The position numbers and the translations under genes were made by a program. DNA of 63,804 nucleotides, filler included, from Octopus bimaculoides (Eukaryota), in NCBI RefSeq assembly GCF_001194135.2. It is 6 parts of 5 records of this genome, joined end to end, with 100 filler letters (N's around TTAATTAATTAA, not from the genome) between each part and the next. Parts side by side here need not be neighbours in the genome. Positions count along the whole stretch, not along the records: positions 19,615 to 37,410 come from NC_068985.1; positions 37,511 to 54,786 come from NC_068985.1; 4 more parts are not named here. One strand, given 5' to 3'. How positions within the stretch are numbered: the stretch's first letter is position 1; every line of letters begins with the position of its first letter. Positions 23,865-37,571 of this stretch are shown in pieces. A model generated the notes under the pieces. It worked only from the letters and a program-made list of their open reading frames with translations, did no database searches and was not told where the DNA came from.

Positions 23865-25215
23865 NNNNNNNNNNNNNNNNNNNNNNNNNNNNNNNNNNNN
23901 NNNNNNNNNNNNNNNNNNNNNNNNNNNNNNNNNNNNNNNNNNNNNNNNNNNNNNNNNNNNNNNNNNNNNNNNNNNNNNNNNNNNNNNNNNNNNNNNNNNN
24001 NNNNNNNNNNNNNNNNNNNNNNNNNNNNNNNNNNNNNNNNNNNNNNNNNNNNNNNNNNNNNNNNNNNNNNNNNNNNNNNNNNNNNNNNNNNNNNNNNNNN
24101 NNNNNNNNNNNNNNNNNNNNNNNNNNNNNNNNNNNNNNNNNNNNNNNNNNNNNNNNNNNNNNNNNNNNNNNNNNNNNNNNNNNNNNNNNNNNNNNNNNNN
24201 NNNNNNNNNNNNNNNNNNNNNNNNNNNNNNNNNNNNNNNNNNNNNNNNNNNNNNNNNNNNNNNNNNNNNNNNNNNNNNNNNNNNNNNNNNNNNNNNNNNN
24301 NNNNNNNNNNNNNNNNNNNNNNNNNNNNNNNNNNNNNNNNNNNNNNNNNNNNNNNNNNNNNNNNNNNNNNNNNNNNNNNNNNNNNNNNNNNNNNNNNNNN
24401 NNNNNNNNNNNNNNNNNNNNNNNNNNNNNNNNNNNNNNNNNNNNNNNNNNNNNNNNNNNNNNNNNNNNNNNNNNNNNNNNNNNNNNNNNNNNNNNNNNNN
24501 NNNNNNNNNNNNNNNNNNNNNNNNNNNNNNNNNNNNNNNNNNNNNNNNNNNNNNNNNNNNNNNNNNNNNNNNNNNNNNNNNNNNNNNNNNNNNNNNNNNN
24601 NNNNNNNNNNNNNNNNNNNNNNNNNNNNNNNNNNNNNNNNNNNNNNNNNNNNNNNNNNNNNNNNNNNNNNNNNNNNNNNNNNNNNNNNNNNNNNNNNNNN
24701 NNNNNNNNNNNNNNNNNNNNNNNNNNNNNNNNNNNNNNNNNNNNNNNNNNNNNNNNNNNNNNNNNNNNNNNNNNNNNNNNNNNNNNNNNNNNNNNNNNNN
24801 NNNNNNNNNNNNNNNNNNNNNNNNNNNNNNNNNNNNNNNNNNNNNNNNNNNNNNGAGGGAGACGAGGAGGAGGAGGTGGACGAGGAGGAATAGGAGGAGG
24901 AGAGTTTTTAATTTCTATTCTCTATAACAGTTATAATTTTTTTTTTCGTAACACTTGAATATAAGTACCATATAGAATTCGTAACTTCAAATCGATTTGC
25001 TCCTCCTTTCTATGTTCGCCTGCATTGTTATTCCCATCTCGTATGCTGGACGAAGCGAACAACAACCTGGAACCTAGTTTCTTTTCTAATGAACTACTGA
25101 TTCGACACTTACCATAACCCAACTATCCCTCAGGTCAGTTTGATGACAAAAATGTTGTCTCCTCCATAGGAGGATCCCGGACATAATCAGTTCTGCACAA
25201 AAACAGCTGTCATAG

Positions 25216-25530
25216 CTAAACAGGAAGACTGAAATATTCGTAGGGGTGGACTGCATAACCGAGTATAAAATTAGGGAAAAGTTTATCCAATAGAACATCG
25301 TTAACTGCTTCTCTACTTTCGATATCACTATCACTTTCACAATGTGTTATAATGTGGGTACTCGTCCACTTGTATGTTATTGTCGGCACTGTAATATTCT
25401 TATCGCCACTATGTTGTGGCGGTATTCTGCGCCCTATGGTATTTGACTCGTCCATCGTGCTATCGCTGATATCTCCGCAAGACAATGGCTTTGAAATGTC
25501 TACCTTCTCGAACTCGTATATATCACGTAA
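25216..25530 (-). CDS. Unassigned 104-codon open frame after a CAG acceptor
   Basis: LRDIYEFEKVDISKPLSCGDISDSTMDESNTIGRRIPPQ...LLDKLFPNFILGYAVHPYEYFSLPV*; non-repetitive; a consensus ATG|GTAAGT donor lies downstream at 25112. Confidence 0.3.
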   Translation of the reverse strand, partial: LRDIYEFEKVDISKPLSCGDISDSTMDESNTIGRRIPPQHSGDKNITVPTITYKWTSTHIITHCESDSDIESREAVNDVLLDKLFPNFILGYAVHPYEYFSLPV

Positions 25531-26029
25531 CTGACACTAACTCCCACTGAGAACTCGTACAACGACTCTACTACTCACCTTCTACAACGACTCACTGTCT
25601 GACTTGATAGTGGCGCCGTCATACCGCATTGTCACGTGGGAAGAGAAGTACCATTTTCAATACAACACAATGGTGATGAGGAGGAGGAAGCGGATGTCAG
25701 TTACCATAGGGCAACAGTTGCTGCTGGTGATGGTGATGATGATGATGATAAAGATGTGGTGGTGGTGGTGGTGGTGGAAGAGGAAGACGTAGAGGAGTAG
25801 GTCAAGTACGACGACAACGACGAGGACGATGGATGATCGTAGTACAGTGGCCGGTGAAGTGGATGGTCGGGGGTAGATTTGCTGAAGTACCAAAATTAAT
25901 TTGTTTAACCTATGAGAATAAGACGAGAAGGAAAGGAGGTGGAAGAGAAGATGAAGTTGGAGGAGAAGGAAGGAAAATAATGAATCTACACGTAGTGTAT
26001 TAATATGAGTGTACGCGTGTACATATGTG

Positions 26030-26076
<47 letters not shown>

Positions 26077-26980
26077 NNNNNNNNNNNNNNNNNNNNNNNN
26101 NNNNNNNNNNNNNNNNNNNNNNNNNNNNNNNNNNNNNNNNNNNNNNNNNNNNNNNNNNNNNNNNNNNNNNNNNNNNNNNNNNNNNNNNNNNNNNNNNNNN
26201 NNNNNNNNNNNNNNNNNNNNNNNNNNNNNNNNNNNNNNNNNNNNNNNNNNNNNNNNNNNNNNNNNNNNNNNNNNNNNNNNNNNNNNNNNNNNNNNNNNNN
26301 NNNNNNNNNNNNNNNNNNNNNNNNNNNNNNNNNNNNNNNNNNNNNNNNNNNNNNNNNNNNNNNNNNNNNNNNNNNNNNNNNNNNNNNTATATATATATAT
26401 ATATATATGCATGTTTGTATGTGTGTATGCGTGAGCATGTAGTTTTGTGTGCGTCTGTGCGTGTGTATGAGAAAGAGAAAGAGAGAGAGAGAGCAGGAAA
26501 CAGTAGTAATGTGACTAATATATGAAGTTCCCTGATTGACACGCTCAAAGGATTATTAGCAAGAAATCTAATAGCTCTAGATTTAAATGACGCTTAAAGC
26601 AGGCAGATTAAAATATGCATTCTCACATACATTCGGCAGTAAAAGCGTACATACACACATTCACGTCACACGCACATAAACACGCACAAATGCACACACA
26701 CACTAAACACAAAACACAGACACACACAGATATCGAAAGTGGTTTTCATAGTTTTTTTTTTCATTGAAAGACAGCTCTAAGTAAAGAGTGTGTACTGCGA
26801 ATGGCAGGTATGTAACCACATGCACACAGACACAGACACACTGACACACAGACACACACAGACAAGGACTCGTATACTCTGAGAAACGCTCTCATGTCTA
26901 TGCGGATACGCGAATATGTGTGTTTGCGGGCGAACGATTGTGCATCCGTGTATGTGAGAGTAAAGACTTATAAAGGGTAA

Positions 26981-27258
26981 AGACCCCTTTCGGTCATGAA
27001 TATCCATGGGATTGCACCTAGAAAGTCCATCCTCCCCGGCACAAGTCTGAACAAGGTTGTTTCTGGAATACCAGCACTCACCCTTTCCACGCCACCGATG
27101 TTATCCGAAGGAAGGGCAAAAGATAATACAGCTTGGCACCAGTGACGTGGCAGTTGATCCCTACAGCTGAGTGAACTGGAGCAACGTGAAATAAAGAGTC
27201 TTGCTCATGAACACAACACAAAGCCCAGTTCGAGAAACGAACTCACTACCTCATGACT
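26981..27258 (-). mobile_element. CORE-like SINE with tail D, copy 1 of a tandem pair
   Basis: CAGCTGAGTGAACTGGAGCAACGTGAAAT (CORE reverse complement); aligns with 27270-27623. Confidence 0.8.
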
Positions 27259-27269
27259 GATATATTTAA

Positions 27270-27623
27270 AGGCCCCCTTCGGTCATGAAGGACCGACCAT
27301 AGGATTGCCTCTAGAAAATTGCCCTCCGAGGCGCAAATCTGAACAATGTTTTTTTTTTTTTTTATGGAAGACCAGCGGTCGCCCATGTATAGCAGCCTTG
27401 CCTCTCCACGCCACCGATGTGTCCAAAAGAAATGCAAGGGCCGATTCAGCTTGGCACCAATGACAATACAAGTCATTTCTACAGCTGAGTGAACTGGAGC
27501 AACATGAGGTAAAGTATCTTGCTCAAGAATACCACACACTGCTCGATCCGTGAATCGAACTCGCCACTTCATGATTGTGAACTTGGCATTATAACATTAT
27601 AACCACTAAGCCATACACATTCA
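27270..27623 (-). mobile_element. CORE-like SINE with tail D, copy 2 including tRNA head
   Basis: Same blocks as copy 1 plus GAATCGAACTC and AACCACTAAGCC head motifs. Confidence 0.8.
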
Positions 27624-27627
27624 TATA

Positions 27628-27751
27628 CAGCGTGTTCAAAAAGTCTCTCCGCAGTAGATATTTTATTCTAGAATAAATATTTACAAGACGGTATAAGACC
27701 ACAANNNNNNNNNNNNNNNNNNNNNNNNNNNNNNNNNNNNNNNNNNNNNNN

Positions 27752-27787
<36 letters not shown>

Positions 27788-27932
27788 ACTTTACAAGACT
27801 TTTAAAAACTTTATAATGGATGTTATAAGTGTCGTCCTTCATTTTCAAAGTTGACTCTTCTTTCTACACATGTTTTGAAATACATCTTGAAGAAAGAAAA
27901 ATTCACTGCGGAGAGACGTTTTGAACAACCTG
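27628..27932. mobile_element. Tc1/mariner-type MITE (contains a gap)
   Basis: TIRs CAGCGTGTTCAAAAAGTCTCTCCGCAGT and ACTGCGGAGAGACGTTTTGAACAACCTG; TA on the left. Confidence 0.75.
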
Positions 27933-28084
27933 TTTATTTGTAGAGATATATGTATGTGAGTCTGTGTTTGTATTCGGTGCGCTTATGTGTGTATGTATGT
28001 GCATGTGTACATGTATATATGCATGTATACATGCCCAAATTTTTCAAAGGTTCTTCCCGAGCCCTAGCTTCATCAGGCTAGTTT

Positions 28085-28225
28085 CTCAGATTCGGTGTTG
28101 TATATACTTTAACCTTGCACGAACCCCACGCCATCGCCGGATTACACAATGCTAAGTAAACTCGAGCAACATGAAATGAAGTGTTTTGCTCAAGAATACG
28201 ACGCATCGCCCTGACCGGGAAACGA
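28085..28225 (-). mobile_element. CORE-like SINE fragment
   Basis: GAGCAACATGAAATGAAGTGTTTTGCTCAAGAATAC block. Confidence 0.6.
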
Positions 28226-28589
28226 AATCTAAGATATGGGAGTTATGGAGGGTCAAATTTGGAGACAAAAGCATGACACTGGAGACATACATGGAAACTT
28301 AACGAAAGCAAAAATAGAGGGTAGTTAGACCAGAACGAGAGGAAAATAATGAACGCTGGGAGAAACATTTTTTTTTTTAAAGAGAAAAGATTGAATAGTG
28401 CCGAAGGGTCCTTTCTCTGTGATTACTTTTCCTGTTTTCCATGTTTCTCGTTGTTTATGCATTTAACGCGTTTGTTTACGTGTACGTACTACATGTTATT
28501 TTCACCGTTGGTGACGTCCTGTACCCACATATGCATGTATATATACAATTTATAATTCATTATTTAATTGAACGCAACGTATCCATATG

Positions 28590-28671
<82 letters not shown>

Positions 28672-29155
28672 GATATAGATGTATATATATACATACACAC
28701 ACATACACACACACGCACACACAAATATTTATAAGTATACCTAAATATGTATTAACGTATGCTTTTCTGTAGGTATTTATATACCGTCTATGTATGTATA
28801 TATGTATTGACAGAAAGCAAGTTAGATATCGATGCATAAATGTGCATATATATATATATANNNNNNNNNNNNNNNNNNNNNNNNNNNNNNNNNNNNNNNN
28901 NNNNNNNNNNNNNNNNNNNNNNNNNNNNNNNNNNNNNNNNNNNNNNNNNNNNNNNNNNNNNNNNNNNNNNNNNNNNNNNNNNNNNNNNNNNNNNNNNNNN
29001 NNNNNNNNNNNNNNNNNNNNNNNNNNNNNNNNNNNNNNNNNNNNNNNNNNNNNNNNNNNNNNNNNNNNNNNNNNNNNNNNNNNNNNNNNNNNNNNNNNNN
29101 NNNNNNNNNNNNNNNNNNNNNNNNNNNNNNNNNNNNNNNNNNNNNNNNNNNNNNN

Positions 29156-29189
<34 letters not shown>

Positions 29190-29924
29190 TCTGCGTACTT
29201 ATGTCTGCATGGTCTGCATGTGCTCCTTTTTGTATGTGTGTGCACGCATGTATGGTATGTCTCTATTTATATATGTATGTATATATTATATAGACCTCAT
29301 CAGTATCTTCATGATCACCGAACACATAATGTTTAGCAAATATTTACCAGATTTTATGATAAAATAATGAAAATGTTGTTTTTATATGCATTTCCAATAG
29401 TTTTTCATTATTATTTGCCTTACTAACTACAATAAAGAAGCAAGAGGAAATGAACAAGTCGGGTGGTGTGGGGAGAAGAAATAAAAAGAATGTATTAAGA
29501 AGTGTTTTTTTTGTTCTCTTTTATTTAAAATCAGCTAGATTTGATTGCTGTACAAATAACCGCACGCACATATATACAGAGTGTAACAGAGCCAGTATTA
29601 CTATGCATAACCATAAGAAACTATTATGTCCACGTACTCGGAGACAAATTATCACACACAAACTCGATATGGACACACGTGCAGAAATACAAATAGTCAG
29701 TGCATCAGAACCACACACTGCTCATTATAACCACACGTAAATACAAGTAATAAATGTGTCCACAGACTTGGAGACAAGTAATCACACTTGTGCATATGAA
29801 TACACATACAGACACACACACATGTACTTTACTTTGCCGTACTCTTCTGTGAAGCTAAGGTCAACAAAATGTACCCAATGCAGTGAGGGAGAAATATTGT
29901 TTAATGTCCACGATATACAGTAAT

Positions 29925-30300
29925 GTAGATAGCTGGCGTGAACGTTAACACGGCGGACAAAACTTCTAGCGGCATTTCATCTGGATTTGCTCTGAGTTTA
30001 GATTCCGATGTGGTCGGCTTTGTCTTTCATGCTTTTACGAGGCTATAAAATAAGTAACACTTGAACACTATGGCCGATGTAGTCAACATGCCTCTACCTC
30101 TAAGCTTCCAGATTTTTGTACCTATAGTAGAATGGTTATTGGAGCACACTGTAAACTGGCGAGTTAGCAAAAGCAATTCTACCGAGGGCTTCTTTAACTC
30201 CCCTTCTTTTGGGCTCAATAAAATGAGTAGTAGTTAATCACTGGGCTCAATGTAATCGATAAGGCCCCTAAAGGTTTGGGACCTACGCCCGTAATAAGAA
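29925..30300 (+). mobile_element. Degenerate SINE family A pieces
   Basis: AGCTGGC..AACGTTAACAC head, CTGAGTTTAGATTCC, and CACTGGGCTCAATGTAATCGA 3' block. Confidence 0.55.
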
Positions 30301-30980
30301 GAATATATTACAATACACAGTCACAAAATAGAATGAAACACAAGATAAATCCAAGATTCACTGCTAGAATGAGGAAGAAATCGTATCTGAAATACTTTTG
30401 GTCATACGTCTGCTGAATTGTGGGTCTGTGGTATTTAACTGAGATTATCTTTGTTAAATATGTGATGTGCATCCTTTGAAGTAAAGTTGATTGTGAGATT
30501 TAGAGTACGAAGTTCTATAAAATAAATATATGTAAAAACACCTTAAACAATTGAACAATCTAAATAACAAGAACAGAAACAGCAGTAACGACTATAAAAA
30601 CAACAGCAACAATGACAATCATGACAACAGCAATAATTAGACTCCGATAATACATGAGTAGAAACACGTCAAATATGTTATATTTTGGTGGGTGTAGCAC
30701 CGGAAAATGGTGTGATATATCACTAGAGCGGAAACAAGTAAATTCATAAGATACATGTGTGAATGTGTCTATGTGGAGGGTATGTGTGTGTGGGGGGGTG
30801 TAAATATGTGTAGTAGTATATGAGTGAGAGTCCTCAACATTTGTTTTCTGCTTAAACATTAGACACAAACACAGTGGCTTGAGCTGGTAGTCATAACGGT
30901 GAAATCATATGAATGTGATACAATAGTATAGATAATCCAACAGCTTATTGGAATTAATACTAAATATATATAAACAGAGT

Positions 30981-31362
30981 GGAGGTGCAATGGCACAGTG
31001 GTTAGGGCAGCGAACTCGCAGTCATAGGATCGCAGTTTCGATTCCCAGACCGGGCGTTGTGAGTGTTTATTGAGCGAAAACTCCTAAAGCTCCACGAGGC
31101 TCCAGCAGGGGATGGTGGCGAACCCTGCTGTACTCTTTTACCACAACTTTCTCTCACTCTTACTTCCTGTTTCTGTTGTGCCTGTAATTCAAAGGGTCAG
31201 CCTTGTCACACTGTGTCACGCTGAATATCCCCGAGAACTACGTTAAGGGTACATGTGTCTGTGGAGTGCTCAGCCACTTGCACGTTAATTTCACGAGCAG
31301 GCTGTTCCGTTGATCGGATCAACTGGAACCCTCGACATCATAAGCGACGGAGTGCCAACAAC
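30981..31362 (+). mobile_element. tRNA(Arg)-like SINE (family C head) with tail X
   Basis: TGGCACAGTGG A box, GTTTCGATTCC B box, CTCGCA anticodon-like loop; head shared with 60998-61255, tail shared with 18754-19065. Confidence 0.85.
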
Positions 31363-31620
31363 ATATATAAACAGAAGCACACACATACACAGAAAGATGT
31401 ATACTGATAGATAGATAGATAGATATATACATACATACATACATACATACATATACACATGCATGTATACATAATAACATAACATATACAGACGCTGCAC
31501 ACACATACACACACGCATAGATATATAAATATAGACGTATATCTCTCATCCTCTCTCTCTCTCCCACGCATACATACATTCTCTCTCACGCACACATACA
31601 CGCACACACACACACACACA

Positions 31621-31682
<62 letters not shown>

Positions 31683-31999
31683 TAGTGGCCCTTTGGATGG
31701 CCGTTAACATAAAGGGAGATAATTATATTCTCATAACCTGTTTGTGTGTATGTGTATGTGTGCGTATGTATGTGCGCCTGTGTGTTTGTGTGTGTATGTG
31801 TGCGTATGTGTGTGCACGTGTATGTGTGTTTGTGTGTGTGTGTGTGTGTGTTTGTTGGAATTTGACTCATGACCGAGTAAGACCACTTCTTAAACATAAA
31901 GCATTGTGTTTCTTTTTCCTTTCCGCCGATGAGGTTATATATTGCTCACAAGGCCCTCAAGGGACTTCCACCGTTGTCCAACATTGATGACAAGTTAGT

Positions 32000-32460
32000 T
32001 TTCCAGTAGTATTCTAACTATTAGGATTTATAATACAGAATGAGTCCACTGGCCAAGCCACATACTCTGCGACAAAAAGTGCACGAGAGATCATTCTTAA
32101 TCTGATATTGGTAGATGGAGGGGCGCCTCTGTGCCCACGCTTATGGTTGAGTAGGCTTGCCTTTGAGAAGCAGACACTATCACATTGGTTATACGAAAGG
32201 GACACTTCGTGCCCTTCTCAAGAAGGCTATTTCATTTATTTACTAGCAAGTTTCAATTCATTGCTCTCATAGTCTTTAACACCAGTTACAGTCAGGATCC
32301 CCAACGGTTTCCTATCCTTTGCAAGATCTTCCCGGTTGTTAGCATGGACACTGATCTTTTTAAACGCTTCATTATTGTTGTCCCTGAAACGTTTTCCTTA
32401 CCCCAACGCAACATACAGCACCTATTTTGGCATGAGGGTGACCTCTAAGTGGTCAAGGTA
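32000..32460 (-). mobile_element. RTE-clade LINE 3' fragment
   Basis: MPK*VLY...GKRFRDN...EDLAKDR...GVKDYE and terminal C..VCFSKASLLNHKRGH are typical of the RTE ORF C-terminus. Confidence 0.7.
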
Positions 32461-32643
32461 ACAGATCATATAAGGTAGTTCAGGAAAGTATGCTGCTCTA
32501 TAAATAAGCGAGTGGAAAATGGAATACTCCACAACGCACAAGAGAGGAAGACATTTTCAGAAGAGGTGGTCCAAGAATTAAAAGGATATGAAAGAATATG
32601 AAATGATATCTAAGAAAGAGAATGCCATGAAACCTGATCTGAA

Positions 32644-32644
32644 T

Positions 32645-32726
<82 letters not shown>
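32644..32726. repeat. (ACT)n microsatellite
   Basis: Directly visible; source of the poly-V ORF. Confidence 0.95.
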
Positions 32727-32727
<1 letters not shown>

Positions 32728-33847
32728 AAGCTGAAACTGTATACATATAAACAATTTAGTGAAATCAATTAACAGTTCAGCCATAAGCAGTCATGTATGG
32801 ATAAATCATATTTTAAGCTGTTCAGAAACTTGCCTCGTCGTTCGACATTAAAATATATAAACCAGAATGTTGTTGGATGTTTACACTGGAGAACATGTAA
32901 ATGTGTCTGGATTTTAAATATATGATAGTTAAATCCAGCATTACGACCGGTATTAATTCAGAGAATACTTAACCAATATCAGAAATGAATGAATGAAATG
33001 GTGTGTATTCTGGAGAGAAACTCTTCCAAAGAGAACACTTCTATGAGAAAATGAATAAGTTCTAACAGCCTGTTTTTCAAACATATGGAAGGAGAAGAGA
33101 GTATGGAGTAAAAATTGTGCCAAATATTATTGATTGCTTAGGCTGAAGTCAAGAGAAAAGGCATTAAGCTAACTGAAGATAAGAAAGAAGTTGTAAAAGA
33201 AATTGTATAAGCAAGGCAATTGTATTATTATACATCAGTTCAGGTGGGATCAGTTTATCTTACAACAACAACTATCCTATTCTTAAGGTACGTATCCGTA
33301 TAATACTCCGAAATCAAGTAAAAATGAGAGCCCAAGTCTCTCATAGAAACATCGATTCTTGGAATAGCATCAAATTTTCATAACACTTCATGGCATGCAG
33401 TACCTCTATTTCCAGACATAAAAATATATACCATTGGCAAAAAAAAAAACTGTCGCTGGATGATACTCACTATGGACCAAAACGTCAGCCAGTTTCGTTA
33501 GGGTAACAGTAGTATTTTTCTGTTATAGGCGCAAGTGAATCTTCAAGGATGCAAAGCTATAAACAGTCGTATGCAAATATTGGTTTAAAAACACATTAGA
33601 TAGAAATGGTCGAAAGCTGCCTTCGACTTTTAACCTAGTATACACGCGCTATCATTCATAGCTTTGTCTACTTCGAGATTAACCATTGCAATAGAGTTAT
33701 TCCAGGTCTCCCCAAAGTTTCAAATTTTTATGGCGTCTTTATGAACTATGAAAGCGGGTACTGAACTCCAGCATTCGACAAACGCCTCAAATATTGTATC
33801 CATGTAGGAACTGTATTATTTAAAATTCGGCGACTTGTTTTATTTTG

Positions 33848-34078
33848 GCACGGTTGTATGGGTAAGAAGCTTGCTTCCCAACCGTGTGGTTTCGGGTTCA
33901 ATTTCAAAGTGCGACTCCTTGGGAAAGTGTTTTCTCCTATAACCCGGAGACAACCTGAGCCTTCTGAGTGGATTTGGTTGCGGAAATCTCAAAATCTCAA
34001 AGAAAAAGATAAATCATACAGGATTATCTGTCAGCCCTCTTAACAGACCATATACGTAATCTTGCACAAACATACATT

Positions 34079-34125
<47 letters not shown>

Positions 34126-35340
34126 NNNNNNNNNNNNNNNNNNNNNNNNNNNNNNNNNNNNNNNNNNNNNNNNNNNNNNNNNNNNNNNNNNNNNNNNNNN
34201 NNNNNNNNNNNNNNNNNNNNNNNNNNNNNNNNNNNNNNNNNNNNNNNNNNNNNNNNNNNNNNNNNNNNNNNNNNNNNNNNNNNNNNNNNNNNNNNNNNNN
34301 NNNNNNNNNNNNNNNNNNNNNNNNNNNNNNNNNNNNNNNNNNNNNNNNNNNNNNNNNNNNNNNNNNNNNNNNNNNNNNNNNNNNNNNNNNNNNNNNNNNN
34401 NNNNNNNNNNNNNNNNNNNNNNNNNNNNNNNNNNNNNNNNNNNNNNNNNNNNNNNNNNNNNNNNNNNNNNNNNNNNNNNNNNNNNNNNNNNNNNNNNNNN
34501 NNNNNNNNNNNNNNNNNNNNNNNNNNNNNNNNNNNNNNNNNNNNNNNNNNNNNNNNNNNNNNNNNNNNNNNNNNNNNNNNNNNNNNNNNNNNNNNNNNNN
34601 NNNNNNNNNNNNNNNNNNNNNNNNNNNNNNNNNNNNNNNNNNNNNNNNNNNNNNNNNNNNNNNNNNNNNNNNNNNNNNNNNNNNNNNNNNNNNNNNNNNN
34701 NNNNNNNNNNNNNNNNNNNNNNNNNNNNNNNNNNNNNNNNNNNNNNNNNNNNNNNNATATATATATATATATATATATATAGGGAAGAGAGAAAGACTGT
34801 GTGCAGGGTGATTTGTGTCTATGTTTGTCCTCCACTACCGCTTGACAACCGGTGCTGGTGTGTTTACGTGAACGAAAAGTAGCATTTCGACAGCAGAATA
34901 AATTGACAAAACAAGTCACTTAATCCCTTGGTGTCGTAGGCGCGCCAACAGCCATGTAGAGTATCTAGGGCGAGAACACCCGGGGAGCCCATCGCTTTCC
35001 AGTCTAAGCACATTTCCCACAGCTGAGTCGACTGGAGCAACGTGAAATGAAGTGTTTTGCTCAAAAACACAACACACAAGGACTGAAGCCACAATCCTAC
35101 TTTCGTGATTCTATCACCCTAACCACTAAGCCACACGCCTCCAAACAGAATAAGTAACAAAGCTTTAAATAAATAAGTAAATAGAATAACACACACGCTA
35201 TTTGTTTAAAGCGTGTTCTTTATAGAATAACTAACACGCTTTAAAAATATTAAGTACGGGTGTCGACTCCTGCGACCAAAAATTCTCTAAGTCGGTGCGC
35301 TTGTATGGCTGCAGTCTAATGACTGAAACAAGAAAGGCTT
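33848..35340 (+). mobile_element. Fragmented SINE family B: head 33848-33980, middle 34808-34900, tail 35255-35340, interrupted by a gap and a minus-strand CORE-SINE piece (34980-35140)
   Basis: The three collinear blocks match successive parts of family B. Confidence 0.6.
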
Positions 35341-35424
35341 TTGTAACTGAATGTTTACACTGTATTATTTTGTAGTTGCATCTGATTCAATGCTTTACCG
35401 TTCGAAAATGAATTATTGCCTGTT

Positions 35425-35659
35425 CTTTATTCTTTAATTCTTTTATTTGTTTCAGTCATTTGACTGCGGCCATGCTGGAGTACCACCTTTTAGTCGAACA
35501 AATCGACCCTAGGATTTAATTTTTGTAAACGTAGTACTTATTCTATCGCTCATTTTTGCCTAACCGCTAGTGTTACGGAGACGTAAAGACACCAACATCG
35601 GTTGTCAAGCGATGGTGTGAAGACTGAGACACACAAACATACACACACACACTCACACA

Positions 35660-35701
<42 letters not shown>

Positions 35702-35870
35702 TATACACGACTGGCTTCTTTCAGTTTCCGTCTACCAAATCCACTCACAAGACTTTGGTCGGCCCGAGGGTATAGTAGAAGACACTTGCCCAAGGTGTCA
35801 CGCAGTTGGACTGAACCCGGAACCATGTGGTCGGTAACCAAGCTACTTACCACACATTCACGCCTGCGCT
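35425..35870 (-). mobile_element. SINE family B, full length with internal (CA)n
   Basis: Complete head (GGACTGAACCCGG, CTTACCACAC), body and tail; CpG-rich. Confidence 0.9.
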
Positions 35871-35989
35871 CTATCGAAGTTTCTATAATATTTTGGCATC
35901 AACAATGTATGTGTTTGTGCGTGTGTGTGTGTAAGCGTGTATGTGTGAGTATGTGTATGTTTTATGTGAATGCGTTATGTGTGTGCTTC

Positions 35990-36225
35990 GATATGTATGT
36001 CTCTTTGTCAACCTCGCCGAGCGATAACCGGTGTTGGCTTGTTTACGTCTCCGTATCACGTAATTTAGCTGTTTGGAAAACGAAAAGAAAAAAATGAATA
36101 AGTACCGGGTTTGAAAATAGTTGTTATGCTCGATTTGTTCAACAAAAACCTTTAAAGCGGTGGTCCAGTCGGCTCGCAGACAGTCCAGTGACTGAACAAA
36201 TGAAATATAAGAGCCTAAAAGTAAA
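35990..36225 (+). mobile_element. SINE family B 3' half, inverted relative to the 35425 copy
   Basis: ACAACCGGTGTTGG..TTTACGTC..AATAAGTAC..TCGATTTGTTC..CAGTC..TGACTGAACA blocks. Confidence 0.75.
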
Positions 36226-36479
36226 GGCATATAAAACAACAGTTTGGATGGTTCTGATTGTTATGCCAAACTTCGTCTTAGATGCTTCTATCAATTAACA
36301 ATTACTCTAGTTTACAAAGTTCTAGCGATCCATCTTCTTCCACATTGTCATTTCAATCACTATGGCTTCTGTTCATCTTTACAGCGTTGGTATTGTGGTT
36401 TTTCTCCTCGTAAGCTGCTTAGAACTTACCAAAATTATCTGGCAGACATAAAGCACTTAACTCTCTATATGTAACCACT

Positions 36480-36605
<126 letters not shown>

Positions 36606-36844
36606 AGTCACTATTTACAGACACACACACACAAACATACAAACACCCACACCATATAAATATATACATATGAATATATTTATATACATATGTATAGGTA
36701 TATATATATTTATTTATCTATTTATATTCATATAGTATATGCATATGTATATATACGTGTGTGTGTGAGTGTGTGTGTGTGTGTATACATTTATATGTGC
36801 ATAAATATATTTATACATATACATACGTATAAGTATATTATATA

Positions 36845-36888
<44 letters not shown>

Positions 36889-37346
36889 TATATATATTAG
36901 TTGGTGCTCTAGCATGGCCGCAATCAAATGACTGAAACAAGTAAAACAATACAAGAATATATATATATATATGTATGTACACGTATATATACATACACAT
37001 GCGTGCAGACACACACGCTTACATGTGTAATGTTCGAGACACTTCTTACAGTGCAGACAAGATCATTTTGAGTTAACAAGTTCCTCATTATGTCGATGGC
37101 TTTCCATACGATTCTCTGCACATTTATTTTCGGAGGAATTTTAATTCAACAAACCGCTTCTCATTTGTAAGTTCTCCTTAACTTTGAATAATTTAAAATC
37201 CGTGGATCTTATTTCATTTTAGAAAATGCCAGCTTTTTTTAGAATATGATCACATTCTATGGCTCTGTATATATATTTCAATTGCTGCCGGTCTGCCAAT
37301 CTATTGCATGAACACATTTGGTTAATCTGTAAGAACAAATCATGAA

Positions 37347-37389
<43 letters not shown>

Positions 37390-37510
37390 GCATATATATA
37401 TATATATATANNNNNNNNNNNNNNNNNNNNNNNNNNNNNNNNNNNNNNNNNNNNTTAATTAATTAANNNNNNNNNNNNNNNNNNNNNNNNNNNNNNNNNN
37501 NNNNNNNNNN

Positions 37511-37571
<61 letters not shown>

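Noticed and set aside
30981-31060. tRNA-like sequence as a true tRNA-Arg gene (also other SINE heads)
   Set aside because: There is no complete cloverleaf, and each head continues into a SINE body shared with other copies.
32870-33030. CACTGGAGAA and TCTGGAGAGAAAC resembling C2H2 HTGEKP linkers
   Set aside because: No intact CxxC...HxxxH finger can be read in any frame; too decayed to call.
33455-33490. CTGGATGA...CCAAAACGTCAGC as a further hammerhead-like motif
   Set aside because: The core and stem II are too degenerate to support; it may be a decayed Penelope-type copy.
37030-37320. Possible small exons on either strand with a 54-bp GT-AG intron
   Set aside because: Competing interpretations on both strands, early stops and no recognisable product; unsupported without RNA data.
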